Positions 38,149-50,730 of a stretch of 64,000 bases of DNA are shown here, piece by piece (the stretch's first letter is position 1; the number at the start of each line of letters is the position of its first letter). The notes beneath the pieces are model-generated. The model ran no database searches. It worked only from the letters and a program-made list of their open reading frames with translations, and had not been told where the DNA came from. The translations under genes were made by a program, and so were the position numbers. Source of the stretch: Puccinia triticina (lineage: Eukaryota); contig CP110439.1 in assembly GCA_026914245.1 (NCBI GenBank), positions 4,836,001 to 4,900,000 of the forward strand, in the 5' to 3' direction.

Positions 38149-39304
38149 GAGGTTGATATCACTATTGCCGGCCAACAACTCATTTTGACTCCCTTGACTT
38201 TCTTTGCCTGGTTAAAACATTTCAATATACATGCGTCTTCTTGACAAAAATTTCATTCATCCTTTTTTTACTTTCAATTTATTTGTGCTTTTGCCACACT
38301 AATTATTTCAATTCCCCATAGTTTTCACTTTGTTCTCTGAGACAGAATAGTGAATGAAGTGTCTTGTAATTTCATCATAAATATTATGCGCGATTAAAGA
38401 CCAAGCAAAACAAAAATTGGAACTTAAGATTGAAGACTTGTATTTGTTGCAAAGGAGGGTTTGGAAGGTGGGTTAGAGTGTTTGTGTTGCATTGACAGGC
38501 AGTAGTGCATGTGGGGGTTTTCATACATGTATATATCAACCGGTGATGTGTGCCACCGTGGTGGTTGGCAGTCCGGGTGATCCGTGTAGTGTGTTCTGCC
38601 GGACAAAGTGCCGGGCGGAGGTGGGTGTGATGTGCTGTGGGCTCGCTGGAGTAGGGGGGTCATATGACGGGATGGTTGGCTGCCAACTTGTAAAAAAAAT
38701 GAGTGGCCCGATTTTTGGAGTTTGCGGGAGTTCTGGGGATTTTGGAGTTGCTGTATTAACACACTGAAAATCACCCTCTAGCATGTATTAAACCACCCCT
38801 ACATGCCTCGGTATACTATACTAGTATGTAGTGGCCACAGGTGTGTTTATCCAACAAACACGGGCCTGGGGGCCTCCCTCCAGCCGACGCAATGCGACCG
38901 GTGTTGCCTACTCCGCGGCTGGGAGAGTCGGGAGAATACAAAACATCATGTCCCCTCCGCCGGCCGGAGGCCTGCCAACCCTGTCGAAAATGATACAGCA
39001 CTTTCGGAAAAGGATGTCGCTGGCTCCCAAAAACCAAAAACGAAAAACCAAAAACCAGAGCCTGCAGGTCGTGCATGCGCCTGCATATGAACTGTGGGGC
39101 TGCACATATCGGACGCTGTTCGCAATCCTGAAAATCCAGCCCCGGCCGGCTCCCATACGCAAATGAGCCATCGACTCGGGCTGCCTATGTACTGGCTTCG
39201 CTTTCTGCCAGGTACCCCCCCAACCGCTGCCTCCAACCATCCGAATATTCATTCTCGACCACTTCCCGCCACCCAATTGAATCCCAATTCACCCAAACCT
39301 CATC

Positions 39305-42063
39305 ATGTCTAACTCAAACAGTTTTGCCCAGTACTTCGATGCGCCCGCGCCGATCACCATGCCCCATTGGTACCCTCCCCCATCTGAAGCCGAAGGTATT
39401 CCAGGATTTCCTAACCCAACCGACCGCGGCCATCATCCGAGCTTCGCCGGCCACCACAACTTGAACGCCAGCCACCGTAATTTGGGCCTTGCTGGTGCCG
39501 CTACTGGAGGCGCTCCGTTAGACGCTGGCCACCATGATTATCACACCGCCAGTGCAACTGCTCATGGCGCCCCGCGCCATGTCTCGAACGGCCCAGGCTA
39601 CATCGATTGTGGTACCGCCAGCCCATCCGGTCACCTGCCCACCAACACCGGCCACATAGATTTTGGCTATGCCGGTGGTCACCCGACCGGCTACCCGGAC
39701 GGACTTGTTCGCAGCTACCCGGCCGGCCATGCGAATTTTGCCGCCGCCACCCCCGGCGCCGAACGGGCCCTTGCACCAGGAAAAAAAAGTAGTCAGTTGA
39801 TGACAACTGACATAACACAGCTCTGGTTTCAGCTCCAAAGCTACTCCATCTGCTAGTTCAGGGCTGGCTGGCACACAGCTCAGTGCCCATTTTGGCACAG
39901 CTGAAGCCTCTAGCTTGCAATTTTCACAAGCTGCTCCTCAGCTTTGTCCCAGGCAAAGCTGCTCCTCAGCTTTGTCCCAGGCAAAGCTGCTCCTCAGCTT
40001 TGTCCCAGGCAAAGCTGCTGCTCAGCCTTGGCCCAGGCCCAGCTGCCCCTCAGTCTTGGCACAGGACAAGCCACTGCTCAGCCTTTGCCTGAGCAAGAAC
40101 GGGTGTTGATGAACACACACCCGTCCCCCGGAGGCAAGCCCTCGCCCACGCCCTTTGAAAAGGGCGTGTGGGACCGCACACCCTTGATAAAGGGCGAAAG
40201 GGCATGCACACCCCTGTATGGGCGTGCGAGGGCGTGCACGCCCCCACATGGGCGTTCACAGGCGTGCACCATGGCTCGTCGGGAGCTCCTCGGCGGGCAG
40301 ATGCAAGTATACCTGCTCGCCGAGAGCCCCTCGGCGGGCAGTTACAGATACCACCTCGCCGAGAGCCTCTCGGAGAGCAGGTATACATGCACCTGCTCGC
40401 CGAGAGCCTTGCCTGCTCGCCGAGAAGGATAACTCTCGGCGAGCAGGTATACAAACACCTACCCGCCGAGCCTGCTCACCGAGAGCCCCTCGGCGGGCAG
40501 GTGCATGTATACCTGCTCGCGCAGAGAAATCCTCGGCGAGCAGGCATACAGATCCCACCTCGCCGAGAGCCTCTCGGCGAGCAGGTATACATACACCTGC
40601 CCACCGAGCCTGCTCACCGAGAGCCCCTCGGCGGGCAGGTGCATTTATACCTGCTCGCCGAGAGAAATCCTCGGCGAGCAGGCATACATATCCCACCTCG
40701 CCAAGAGCCTCTCGGCGAGCAGGTATACTTGCACCTGCCCGCGGAGAGGCTCTTGGTGAGCAGGCTCGGCGGGCAGGTGCATGTATACCTGCTCGCCGAG
40801 AGAAATCCTCGGCGAGCAGGCATACATATCCCCGCTCGCCGAGAGCCTTGCCTGCTCGCCGAGAAGGATAACTCTCGGCGAGCAGGTATACAAACACCTG
40901 CCCGCCGAGCCTGCTCGCCAAGAGCCCCTCGGCGGGCAGGTTCAAGTATACCTTCTCGCCAAGAGCCCCTCGGCGGGCAGGTTCAACTATACCTGCTCGC
41001 CGAGAGGCTCTTGGCGAGGTGGGATATGTATGCCTGCTTGCCGATGATTTATCTCGGCGAGCAGGTATAAATGCACCTGCCCGCCGAGGGGCTCTCGGTG
41101 AGCAGGCTTGGTGGGCAGGTGTATGTATACCTGCTCGCCGAGAGGAGGTGGGATCTGTATGCCTGCTCGCCGAGGATTTCTCTCGGCGAGCAGGTATAGA
41201 TGCACCTGCCCGCCGAGGGGCTCTCGGTGAGCAGGCTCGGCGGGCAGGTGTTTGTATACCTGCTCGCCGAGAGTTGTCCTTGTCGGTGAGCAGGGATACA
41301 TACACCATACCCGCCGAGGGGCTCTCGGCGAGCAGGTATATGTACTTGCGCCTGCCCACCGAGGGGCTCTCGGCGAGCAGGCACGGTGCACGCTTGTGCA
41401 CGCCTATGTGGGGGCGTGCACGCCCTTGATAAAGGGTGCGCGGTCCCACACGCCCTGTTCAAAGGGCGTGGTCGTGGGCGTGCCCCCGGAGGACAGGTGT
41501 GCATTTATCAATGCCTGTTCTTGCTCAGGCAAAGGCTGAGCAGTGGCTTGTCCTGTGCCAAGACTGGAGGCAGCTGTGCCTGGGACAAAGCTGAGGATCA
41601 GCTTGTGAAAATTGCACTAGAGGCTGGATAGCCAGCTGGAGCAGGTGTCATGTCAGTTGTCATCTAGTGACTACTGATTTTTCCTGGTGTTGTTCCTTTG
41701 GGTTCTTTGCCCACCGGCCCCGGAGGCCACCTTGCCATTGCACCCGCCACCCCGAGCTATCCCGGCCCTGGTTTTGGCGTTGGCACCCCGGCGCAATTGG
41801 GATCTGAGTCCCATTACGAACCCGAGGATGGATTCTACGATCCAGCCGATGAAGTGTGGGGCCTGCTCGTGGGTGGTCGTGGTATTGTGGCCGGGTTCAA
41901 GCCCAGACAGCAGCGGCGGGGCGTCGAGAAAGAAGTCCCAAATTTATGTAAAGTGTGGAAAATCTTGCATTGCTCAAACGTTAAAAAAAGAATACAACTG
42001 AAGAGAATGTTGTTTTGGGCAAGACAACACGAAGAAAAAACAAGCCATTACGTCCTCTCTTGA
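39305..42063 (+). pseudogene. Pro/Gly/His-rich ORF split by a CACTA-like insertion
   Basis: Removing 39774-41689 plus one TTG joins ..GAERAL-VPLGSLPTGPGG.. in frame; no recognisable domain. Confidence 0.45.
39774..41689. mobile_element. non-autonomous CACTA/EnSpm-like foldback element, 1916 bp
   Basis: Termini CACCAGGAAAAA / TTTTTCCTGGTG; 3-bp TSD TTG; long inverted arms; core of palindromic CTCGCCGAG..CTCGGCGAG repeats (~40280-41380). Confidence 0.8.
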
Positions 42064-42068
42064 GGGTC

Positions 42069-44157
42069 TTATGAAGAAACGAAAGCAAACAAGGAAGAGA
42101 AGTGAGAAGGAGGCGGATTAATCATGACGGGATGGACGGAGTGTGCGGTCCGTTTGGACATTGGCTTGGGGCTTGTTGTTGGTGGTTGATCGGGTGCAAG
42201 CCCGGACAGCAGCGGGGCGTTGTCGACAAAGAAGTCCCAAATAAGCTTCACCTTGTGCTCCTTCAAGGGAACCCCAGCATGCCCCTTGCCCGCGACCTGC
42301 TCCACCCCCTCGTCCTCTTCGCCCTCCTCCAGGCCCTCCTCTGCATCCCCCACCAGGCCAAGCAGCGGAAAGAGTCCAACAACGTCGGCTCGGTCCAGCG
42401 TCTGTCCCAGCGCCGCTCGCCGCACATGTTCCCGGAACATCGCCTCCTTGATCATCAGGAACGGGCTCGGTAGGATCTGCAGTCGCGAACATAGCGCCAG
42501 CTCGGACGGGTGGAGGAGCTGCTTCGAGCCGCTCGTCGCCAGACTCAGTGGCACAGCCGCTGGTGGTATTCATCGTGCATATGATCAGCCGAGGGTCATT
42601 GAGTAGAATCTTGCGGAAAGCCTCGAGATTTGCAAGACTTACAGTTCTTTTTGGACGCCTTTCCCGAACTACCAGGGGTGCCTAGCTTTCTCTCCGCCGC
42701 TTGAATCTACATGCAGGAAGAATTGAGGGCAAGCGTCAAAATCCAGGCCACAGCATAGAGGGTAAGTCTGGCCAGCTGCTGTTTACCTTTTTGAACTCCA
42801 AAGGATTCCGGTCGAAGACCACTGCCTTGGCTTGCAACCGCCGATCGTACTTGTCGCTGTAAATTTCTAGGAGGGTGAGCTTGAGTTCTAAGTCCAAGTC
42901 AGGCTCGTCTGAGAGCGGCGGCTCTTCATCTACCTCTTCATTGTCATCTTCATCCTCGGCTTTCGGCTCTTCTTTCTCTTTCTCTTTACTCTTTGGTTTA
43001 GGGTCCGGGGAGGGGACGGTTTGGAGTGGATCAACAGAGGATGATGGCATTGAATCTCGGCCGTCGGCTTCTGCTGCATCGCCATCATTCTTATCAGCAC
43101 ACTGTCTTTGTACAGTATCTGTCCTTGTGGGTGCTGTCTCGTCTGTCCTTTGGGTCGTTTTGCGAGCCCTTGACCCGACACCGCGCTTCCGTTTGGCCGT
43201 AGAATCTGGGGGGATCGTTTCCTGGTCTTGATTGGGCGCGGTATTATTTTCGTCCTTCTCTTCTGCGATGTCATCCTCCTCTGGTAGCTTTTCAGGCTGC
43301 GAATTGGTAGCTTTTCAGGCTGCGAATCACCACCGAATCGATACACTCGTCCAAAACTCAAGTCCTTGATCATATTTTCAGCCTCGTTTTCCCACTCAAT
43401 TTCGAAATCCAACCTCCCAGGCATAAAACCGGCAATCTCGTGAATCGTCGACGCGGACGATACTGGCTTGGGCGGTGGCATTTCTGATGATTGAAGGGAA
43501 AGTTTGAAAGGGATTCAGTTATTTTTTTCGTCCCTGTTTTTTTTTTTTTGTTGCAATGTTATGGAAATGCATAAATCAATAGACTGACGTAGAGGGCGAG
43601 CGTGCACCTCCTCCAACCTTCTCTTCTTACGGGCTTGGAACTTGTCCTGATCGATCTCGATCCTAGCATCAATTGGCTGAGCAATCATTAAATATTTGCT
43701 CGCACGGTATCGATAACAGGCTGAGAGTTTGACAAACAGGAAGCGGGTAATCATCGCTGCCAATAAACACGTCGAGATAATGCCGTTCGACTTCTTCCTT
43801 CGTCCGACCGTTGCCGACGTGGTCGGCGATGTCACTCCAATTTCCGAGGCCATAGATTTGGCAGGCTTCAATTAGAAGCAGCTCTCTAAGCGGTGGTGAT
43901 GTTTGATCATAGTTGAATCCGATTGTCAGTTTTGTTTCCATCAGTTCCATCAGCTTGACGACTTACTCATCAGCACCCCAATCCTCGGTAAAGATAGGAA
44001 CCGAGTGTGGTTCCTGTTAGGAGGATGGCGGCGATGAGTATTCGATTGATCGGGATAGATGATGAGAAGATGAGGGAAGTTTACAGACGATTACTCGATA
44101 GTTGTGCCATGCTTTGTGTTGACCGATCTCTTTGCCCTCGCAGAAGCATTGGCCACA
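42069..44157 (-). pseudogene. ADA2: transcriptional adaptor Ada2 (SAGA subunit), 5'-truncated and frameshifted
   Basis: ZZ-finger tail [126 protein letters not shown]. 23-bp tandem duplication at 43282-43327; part of the middle region appears missing. Confidence 0.85.
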
Positions 44158-46189
44158 CGAACTGGGCGGGCACCAGTTCCTCCCCTGCCGGGGGGGGGGG
44201 GGGGGTATCAGCCCAAAATACAACAATTAACTGGTTTATGGGCGGCTCCGCCGCCCTGTGACCAATGGTGTAATATTCATCGACCGCTAATACAAAAAGT
44301 ATGTAGGCATTTTTTATGCAGCCAGTTTGAATGCAACATCGTCTTCCAAATTGCAGAAGTGGTCCAGAAATAACTTTTGTGAACATGTGGGTGGACTGTA
44401 TACCAATATCCATTCTGCATTCGTGGTACTTACTTCTAGTACTCGTGTCAAGGAGGGGTTTCAGAAACATCTTATGTTTCCGCGCCTCCTCTAGGGTGTA
44501 TAGGTAAAATCTGTGATTTACTCAGTCCACCCGAGTCAAGGGAGAAAATTGGGTGATTCCAAATCTAAGAATCTGATGCCCAACAGGCTAGAGAAGTAAC
44601 TGCAATAGATCTTTGTTTGTGTCTTAAATTGAGTGGGGAGCGCGCGGCAAAACCACTCTCATTAAAAAGGGTCCCCTTCCTAAGAGGGAAAACGGGTGTG
44701 TGGGATGGTATTTGAAAACGAAGTTATTTCCCCGTTGGTTGTGAAATAACTGAAGATACGAATGCGGTTGAGGAGAGTGGTACGGTGAGGGGGAAAGAAC
44801 TTGCTATTCGGAGTTCATTACATATAACCGTCACTCGTCTCCGGGCATTCAGACGCTTGGGCCACGTTTATCTTGTCCTGCGTCTGTATGCGTTCAGACC
44901 GCATTCCTCATGCTCATGGACTTAGGTACCCTCCCTGAATTCCCATTTTTGGGGGGAAGAATTGCATGTGGTGTGGTTATGTGCGCAGGTGGGAGGGGAA
45001 AAGGAAAAAATTATTTGTGTCCAAGATGAACTGAGGTATGGAGCAAAAGTATAAAGGCATACGGCCTGTAGATGATCGCAGGTCATCGCTTGGCTCTTGC
45101 TCGGCGCCAATTACTTAAAGAGCCAAGCAATCCAGGACAATTTGTACCTGTACTTTGTTGGAAAGTGGGGGGGGGAGGAATGCTGCCAAAAATGTTTTGG
45201 TTGGCGCGTGTCGGTCCGCTTACACCACGGCTCCACTTGGAAAGTGAGTCGCGCGGCGGGCGGACCCTCCCGTCAGATTTGGGTCGGGCCGTCCTGGCAG
45301 GACGTCAAGCAGCCCTTTGGGTCAGCCCGACCCTGCCCGACCACCCGTTGGCTGTTCCTCCCGACAGGGAGGGCAGGCCGACCTCGTCCGACCGTGCCGA
45401 CCCGCAAGGCAGCATGGTCGGCTTGTCTGATAGGTCCGGCCAACCCATCTGCCCGGTGGGTCAGCATGGTCGGCTTGCCCTTGAGGTTGTCAACAGGTCG
45501 GCTGCCCCCGGAAATGAGCCGACCTTCCCAACAAGTCACCGGACTAGTCAACCTGTCCGTCGGCCCAAGGTCAGAAACTCACTTGAAAAAGTGAGTTTCC
45601 TGAGACCACCAGTACGATCTGCTGAGCGTGCTCGCGGATTGTACATAGAAGAGAAAAAAAAATGTTGGACTTCGCAATGTTTGCTTGTCATGATAAGTAG
45701 AGAGGGCGGTATATAATTTTGACTAAGGTGGCACTGATGTCAATGTTGTTGTTACCGCAGCGGTTGTAAGTGATCACACCAATGAGCAAGCAATCCCTGA
45801 GTCCATGGTGTGGTTGCCGGATCGACCCTCCCAGTGCACAATTTTTGCTGCTCGGATCTCATCATGACCCTGGGCCCCACGGCCAACGTCTGGGTAATCC
45901 CAGCTTGAAGCCCAACGTCCAGGTAGGATACGTGGCCTAGCCGCCATCAAGGGCAGCCCAACCTTCCCGACATATACTCCTCCCAACGTCCGCCGTGCAA
46001 AGTTTTACTGCAGGGGTGGAGAGGGGGTGGCCAACGTCAAGCCGGACGTTGGCCCGCCGTCCAACTGCACCCATGGTGTAATGTTAAACCATTAATGTAT
46101 CAAAGTCCCTCCCTATGTGGGAGGTCAGAGTTTGGAGTTTGGGTGGAGCTAAAGTTTGGCTGGTGGCGAAGCCACCCCTCCCGCATGGA

Positions 46190-47439
46190 CAAACTTAACT
46201 AGGTCCCTCTCTCGCCTGAGGCTTTGCCGGAGGGACTTATGACTCATCAGGATTCTTTGCATGAGAGAAATTTTTGTTTTGGTGGTGTTTTTGTTTGAAC
46301 CCCCAAATCTCAACTCTGATTATTCCAAACCTTTTAAGTTTTTGGTGGATGGTACGCCTCCATCTGCCCCTCCTTCTGATATAATTTCAGAACCCATTTT
46401 CCTCATCTTCATCCCTATTTTATTTTTCTTAAACATCCATTTCCTTGAGTTGCGTGGAATTTCCTCCGGATCAGAAAATAACCGCCCATGTGCATTCATC
46501 TCAAGGTCTATTCGCTGATACAACGTTATAAAGGTATGTGCCCCTCTTTTTTTCACAGATCTTCTCTTACCGCTCAATCCTTAGCGCCAATCTTGAATTT
46601 CTTAGCTTTGATACTCCACTTCCTCCACCAATCAGAATCCCGCCATCCATTTGACACATACATACAATTCAACCGAGCCGGCGCACTGCAAGAGAATGTG
46701 TCTAGATAACTTACCCCGTCTCCTAAATATGCGTGATAAGCTGCTGTTTATTGAAAAGATACTCCATCTTAGGCACAAAGATCCAAAAATAAAATCCAGC
46801 CAACAGTTGTGGGGGGCGCCAGTTGGATGGCCAATGACGAAGGGTATTCTAGATGCAATCAAACGACTTGTTCATCACACTACCAACGGTAAAGCTTGTT
46901 GGAATCAATATATCCTATCCGAGGTAAGTCTGATGGTTATCATGACTATTCAATTCTCTACTGCCTACCTGTTTTGTATTATCATTCCTGATCAATGACT
47001 TTTTTTTGGCCTCAACATCATTTCTCTGCTTCAAGTGGCTTTGCGCGGCAATCTAGCCCTGATCAGGCTTGATAGGTCCAATCATCTCCCAACTTGACGG
47101 GGTCAGTGCACCATGGATTTAACAAATGAATTTTCAATGAAATGTAGTGATGTGCTTGACATCACGATTACTTTGTTTTTTATTGTGAATTTTGAAATAT
47201 TTATTTTAAAAATCAGTGATAGAGATACCATGTATGTAAAATATATGATAATTATGCTGAGGTGGATGCAATTCAGGAAAAATGGGTCTTACAAGTAGGG
47301 GTTGAGAATTGAATGAGTAGTACTGGAGATTATAAAAATAAGTGTGGTAAATTTTCCGGTTCTCTCACGCAAAGAATCCTGATAAGTCATAAGTCCCTCT
47401 GGCAAAGCCTCAGGCAAGAGAGGGACTTAGTTAAGTTTG
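46190..47439. mobile_element. internally deleted AcademH-type element (1250 bp)
   Basis: ~78-bp TIRs CAAACTTAACTAGGTCCCTCTCT.../...AGAGGGACTTAGTTAAGTTTG; TSD CCGCATGGA / CCGCAGGGA (1 mismatch). Internal fragment WGAPVGW..GKACWNQYILSE|GTAAGT resembles exon 1 of the transposase near 15765-16026. Confidence 0.8.
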
Positions 47440-47705
47440 CCGCAGGGAGGGACTTAGGCCTGATGTGGGGGTTGTGGCGCGTAGGCCACCCACCAAAAAG
47501 TGGCAGAAATGCAGTTTTTGAGTTTTGCAGCCTGTAGTTTCAACACTGGCCATTCCAGCTACCAGAACTTAGAAGCTCCTCTATGGCGCCAATTTTTAGA
47601 GCTCTCCCCCCATCAATCAACCCACCGGACTATTTTTGGTGGATTTTTGAAATGATTCAAGGCAAGCCAGAACAACCCTCATCTGGTGTGGTGCTTGAGT
47701 CCGGT

Positions 47706-49719
47706 TGATAGGCGAGAAGGAGGGGTTGAACAAGGAGCTAGTTCTGGGGACTTTGGCCAAGGTGGGTCTTGGTTGTTTAAGCTCTGACTTGATGATTGTA
47801 TTTCTTATCTGAGGAGCAGACATGTACACACAACTAGAGAGCCCCCTGCACAAGATCCAGAGGGGGCCTGAAATTATGTAACATACAAGACACAACCAAA
47901 ACATTTGAAATGGACAGGTGACAGGTGACAGGTGACAGGTGACAGGGAACAGGGAACTTACTGGGGACTGGGAAAGAATACTTTACTGGGAACTGGGGAC
48001 TGGGAACTGAGTACTTTACTGGGGACTGGAGACAGGATAATTTACTGGGGACTGGGGACTGGACACTGGCTACTTTACTGGGGACTGGGGATAGGAGGGG
48101 AATGTGAGCAAACAGAGAGACAGATATTCGAACACACCCCCGCGCAAACAGTCGGAGAATCGGGGAATAAGTGGGTAGTTGAGAGATTGGAGAGATTAGA
48201 GTTCTCTGACTTCAGATTGGTGATCATTGTTGTCGTCAAACGCAACATGGGAGGGGAGCTGGTCAAAAGAAGCAGTGAGATTGTGAACAGATTCAGATGC
48301 TGAGGCGTTGGGTTCCACAACTTCAACAGAGAACATGGTTGGCACCGGCGATGCTAGCATTGCGAGGTGGGCTTTGGCTTCGAGCTTTGCTTTTAAATAT
48401 TTCTGATAATCTGCAAGCTTGCCTGGATGAAGAGAAAAACAATCTTCTGCTCGATGAGGGGCTGAAGAAAGGTGACGACCTTGGGGACACTTTTGAGTGA
48501 GGAGTGCTGAAGCTTCATTGGGTTCAGAGGAGGCAACAAATCTAGGTTTGGGTGGCATGGAATTGGAGTTGGCACTGATCTGGCTGTCTAGAATTTTGAG
48601 GACAGTCTTGTATGTAACCTCCATGGACAACAAAGTACCTGAAGCAATGATAGCGTTACAAACATGAGCGAGTTTGACGGGTATCTTCATCAAGATGATG
48701 TGACCAAGGGATTCCTTGTCAATTGAAGCATCAAGGGACTCCAAAAATGTGATACCGTCCCAGAACGCCAAAATGAACTCCTGGACGTTGTCGACTTGTA
48801 AAGGGAGATGAGTCAGTCAATACCACGCCTTGAACTTGTTGGCTTGCTTCTTTGAGGCACCAAACTCAAGGATGTTTGACCACAACTTCTTGGGGCATTG
48901 AGCACCACTGTTCTTCTTTACCCGACCAGAGACCGAGCTATGAATGCAAGTGATGATTGTGGCATGGGCAAGATCTAATTGTTTGGACTGGTTGACATTG
49001 ACTATTTTTCCATCATTGCCACGAACTTTGGCGGGTTATTTTCCGATCACAAGCTGATAAAGTTCCCTAGCTTTCAATACCGACGACATTTTAGAGACCC
49101 AGTCGACATAGTTATTTTTTGTAAGCTCGGGAAGGTGAAACTTATTGGAGCTGTCCATTGTTTAAGCAGAACGATTGGACAAGGCAATCAAGAAAGGAAG
49201 AATCTTGACGAGACTGTAAATCTGTTGAGTTTTCACTTGAGGAAAGCAAGATTGATAGGCAAGGAGGAGGGGTTGAACAAGGAGCTGGTTCTGGGGACTT
49301 TGGCCAAGGTAGGTCTTGGTTGTTTAAGCTCTGACTCGATGATTGTATTCCTTATCTGAGGAGCAGACACGTACACACAACTAGAGAGCCCCCTGCACAA
49401 GAGCCAGAGGGGGCCTAAAATTATGTAACATACAAGACACGACCAAAACATGTGAAATGGACAGGAGACAGGTGACAGGGAACTTACTGGGGACTGGGAA
49501 AGAATACTTTACTGGGAACTGGGGACTGGGGACTGGATAATTTACTGGGGACTGGGAACTGGGAACTGAGTACTTTACTGGGGACTGGATACTTTACTGG
49601 GGACTGGAGACAGGATAATTTAATGGGGACTGGGGACTGGGGACTGGGGACTGGCTACTTTACTGGGGACTGGAGACAGTAGGGGAATGTGAGCAAACAG
49701 AGAGACAGATATTCTAACA
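47706..49719 (-). mobile_element. degenerate, internally deleted Copia-like LTR element (gag remnant only)
   Basis: Diverged direct repeats 47706-48134 and 49253-49719 with internal CTGGGGA microrepeats; PPT-like GCGCGGGGGTG on the minus strand next to 48134; gag-like remnant ..CPQGRH..HRAEDCFSLHP. No clear TSD or PBS. Confidence 0.65.
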
Positions 49720-50599
49720 CCAAGCACATCCAGTTTTTGTTTGGCTTCTTCATTGTTTCTTTTTTGTTTGACGAGATGTATCAGAATTATCAACATACCA
49801 AACCAACAACCGGCAATGCTACACACTCCACGCCGCCAGCCAGCAAGGCTTCACGTGCCAAATTGCTACTTGGCAAGGCCGCACCATATGAAGTAAACCT
49901 GGGCACCCAAGCCCCCCCCCCCCACCACCACCAACCCCTGCAAGGGGGGCTACAGAGGACAGGTACCCAGGTACATACCCTCTGTTGCCAGAAAAACAAG
50001 AACCTGTACCTGTACCCGGACACACCAGGCAGTCCCAAACTGGTGTGAGCGGGTACCTGTTTGCCATCTTTATGTCACAGTTATTCAATCACTTTGCTGT
50101 TCTGAGTTGGAACCTTCCAGATCTGCAAGTGTGAATGAAAGAACTCCTTTCAGCTTCTTGTTGATCCCTGTAGTTCTACACTCTTTGTGCAACTTACCTG
50201 GATTGATTCTCTTACAAGATGAATAGGAATTCCAACACGTAAGAGGAGTGTGCCAAAGCACACACTGTAATAGGATTGTGCCAAAGCACACACCTTAATA
50301 TGATTGTGACAAAGCACACTCTGTAATAGGAGTGTGCCCAAAGACACTCTGTAATAGGAGTGTGCCCAAGCACACTCTGTAATAGGAGTGTGCCCAAGCA
50401 CACTCTGTAATAGGAGTGTGCCCAAGAACACTCTGTAATAGGAGTGTGCCCAAGCACACTCTGTAATAGGAGTGTGCCCAAGAACACTCTGTAATAGGAG
50501 TGTGCCCAAGCACACTCTGTAATAGGAGTGTGCCCAAGAACACTCTGTAATAGGAGTGTGCTGTTGGAATTTCCTCTGCACTACCTGCGCTACGCTCCC

Positions 50600-50730
50600 A
50601 ACACTCAATCCCAATTCCCTGTACACTCAATCCCGATTCCGCGTACACTTAATGCCGATTCTCTGTACACTCAATCCCGATTCCCTGTACACTCAATCCC
50701 GATTCCCCGCACACTCAATCCCGATTCCCA
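50600..50730. repeat. 22-bp tandem repeat (ACACTCAATCCCGATTCCCTGT)
   Basis: About 6 copies visible. Confidence 0.8.

Larger units (their letters stand above)
29719..38843 (+). mobile_element. Kyakuja-Dileera-Zisupton (KDZ) DNA transposon, 9125 bp
   Basis: Imperfect ~290-bp TIRs starting CACCTGTGGCCACTACATACTA; 8-bp TSD TGTTTATC (29711-29718, 38844-38851); encloses a CxC1-KDZ transposase gene. Confidence 0.9.

Noticed and set aside
40050..41631. Long overlapping ORFs (up to 397 aa) on both strands
   Set aside because: Translations of GC-rich palindromic repeats inside the CACTA-like element.
44158..44230. Academ-like left end truncating ADA2
   Set aside because: Begins CGAACT, but I found no matching right end or second TTGGCCACA TSD in the window, so it is not called as an element.
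45570..45615. Perfect hairpin GAAACTCACTT-GAAA-AAGTGAGTTTC as a terminator or Helitron end
   Set aside because: No U-tract and no CTRR end; more likely one terminus of a truncated MITE whose partner end could not be defined.
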